From positions 18,644-82,643 of the forward strand of contig JAUCBJ010005946.1 of assembly GCA_032718475.1 (NCBI GenBank): 64,000 nucleotides of DNA, written 5' to 3'. The notes under the pieces are model-generated. The model had not been told where the DNA came from. It did not search any database and saw only the letters and a program-made list of their open reading frames with translations. The DNA is from Nemertoderma westbladi. Its lineage: Eukaryota; Animalia; Xenacoelomorpha. Positions 63,103 to 64,000 of this stretch are shown piece after piece (positions within the stretch are counted from its first letter, which is position 1; every line of letters begins with the position of its first letter). Made by a program: the position numbers and the translations under genes.

Positions 63103-64000
63103 TTTATGTCCGCGTAGCGAAACCTCTATTATTTATTATGTCCGCGTAGCGAAACCTCTATTATTTATTATGTCCGCGTAGCGAAACCTCTAGTATTTAT
63201 TATGTCCGCGTAGCGAAACCTCTATTATTTATTATGTCCGCGTAGCGAAACCTCTAGTATTTATTATGTCCGCGTAGCGAAACCTCTAGTATTTATTATG
63301 TCCGCGTAGCGAAACCTCTATTATTTATTATGTCCGCGTAGCGAAACCTCTATTATTTATTATGTCCGCGTAGCGAAACCTCTATTATTTATTATGTCCG
63401 CGTAGCGAAACCTCTATTATTTATTATGTCCGCGTAGCGAAACCTCTATTATTTATTATGTCCGCGTAGCGAAACCTCTATTATTTATTATGACCGCGTA
63501 GCGAAACCTCTATTATTTATTATGACCGCGTAGCGAAACCTCTATTATTTATTATGTCCGCGTAGCGAAACCTCTAGTATTTATTATGTCCGCGTAGCGA
63601 AACCTCTATTATTTATTATGTCAGCGTAGCGAAACCTCTATTATTTATTATGTCCGCGTAGCGAAACCTCTATTATTTATTATGTCCGCGTAGCGAAACC
63701 TCTAGTATTTATTATGTCCGCGTAGCGAAACCTCTATTATTTATTATGTCCGCGTAGCGAAACCTCTAGTATTTATTATGTCCGCGTAGCGAAACCTCTA
63801 GTATTTATTATGTCCGCGTAGCGAAACCTCTATTATTTATTATGTCCGCGTAGCGAAACCTCTATTATTTATTATGTCCGCGTAGCGAAACCTCTATTAT
63901 TCATTATGTCCGCGTAGCGAAACCTCTAGTATTTATTATGTCCGCGTAGCGAAACCTCTATTATTTATTATGACCGCGTAGCGAAACCTCTATTATTCAT
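63103..64000. repeat. 32-bp minisatellite, at least 28 copies, running off the window
   Basis: Unit TATGTCCGCGTAGCGAAACCTCTA(T/G)TATTTAT, within the intron after PSMB7-like exon 3. Confidence 0.98.

Overview
AT-rich, intron-rich animal (probably invertebrate) genomic DNA; about half of the window is tandem repeat. Three spliced protein-coding genes could be assembled by hand with consistent intron phases. (1) A + strand gene (5896-24587, 5' end not found) encodes an HEXXH zinc metallopeptidase-like domain, an ShKT domain and an FN3 domain. (2) LRRC34 lies on the - strand (6 coding exons, 52649-28864, 449 aa). (3) The first three exons of a divergent proteasome beta-2 (PSMB7-like) gene lie on the + strand (56248-59078, continuing past the window), head-to-head with LRRC34. 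Mobile DNA includes a near-intact CR1/L2-type LINE, a solo LTR with a 5-bp TSD, RTE and L2 remnants, tRNA-SINEs, MITEs and a probable hAT relic. The main observations are three. First, several large minisatellites are tandem amplifications of a real exon|intron 5' splice junction, so two introns of 14.6 kb and 11.4 kb consist almost entirely of hundreds of copies of their own splice donor. Second, a minimal type I hammerhead ribozyme sits between the A and B boxes of a tRNA-like Pol III element. Third, the beta-2 proteasome subunit has Val in place of the acidic S1-pocket residue 53. All calls come from manual reading; no database search was run, and copy numbers are span divided by unit length.
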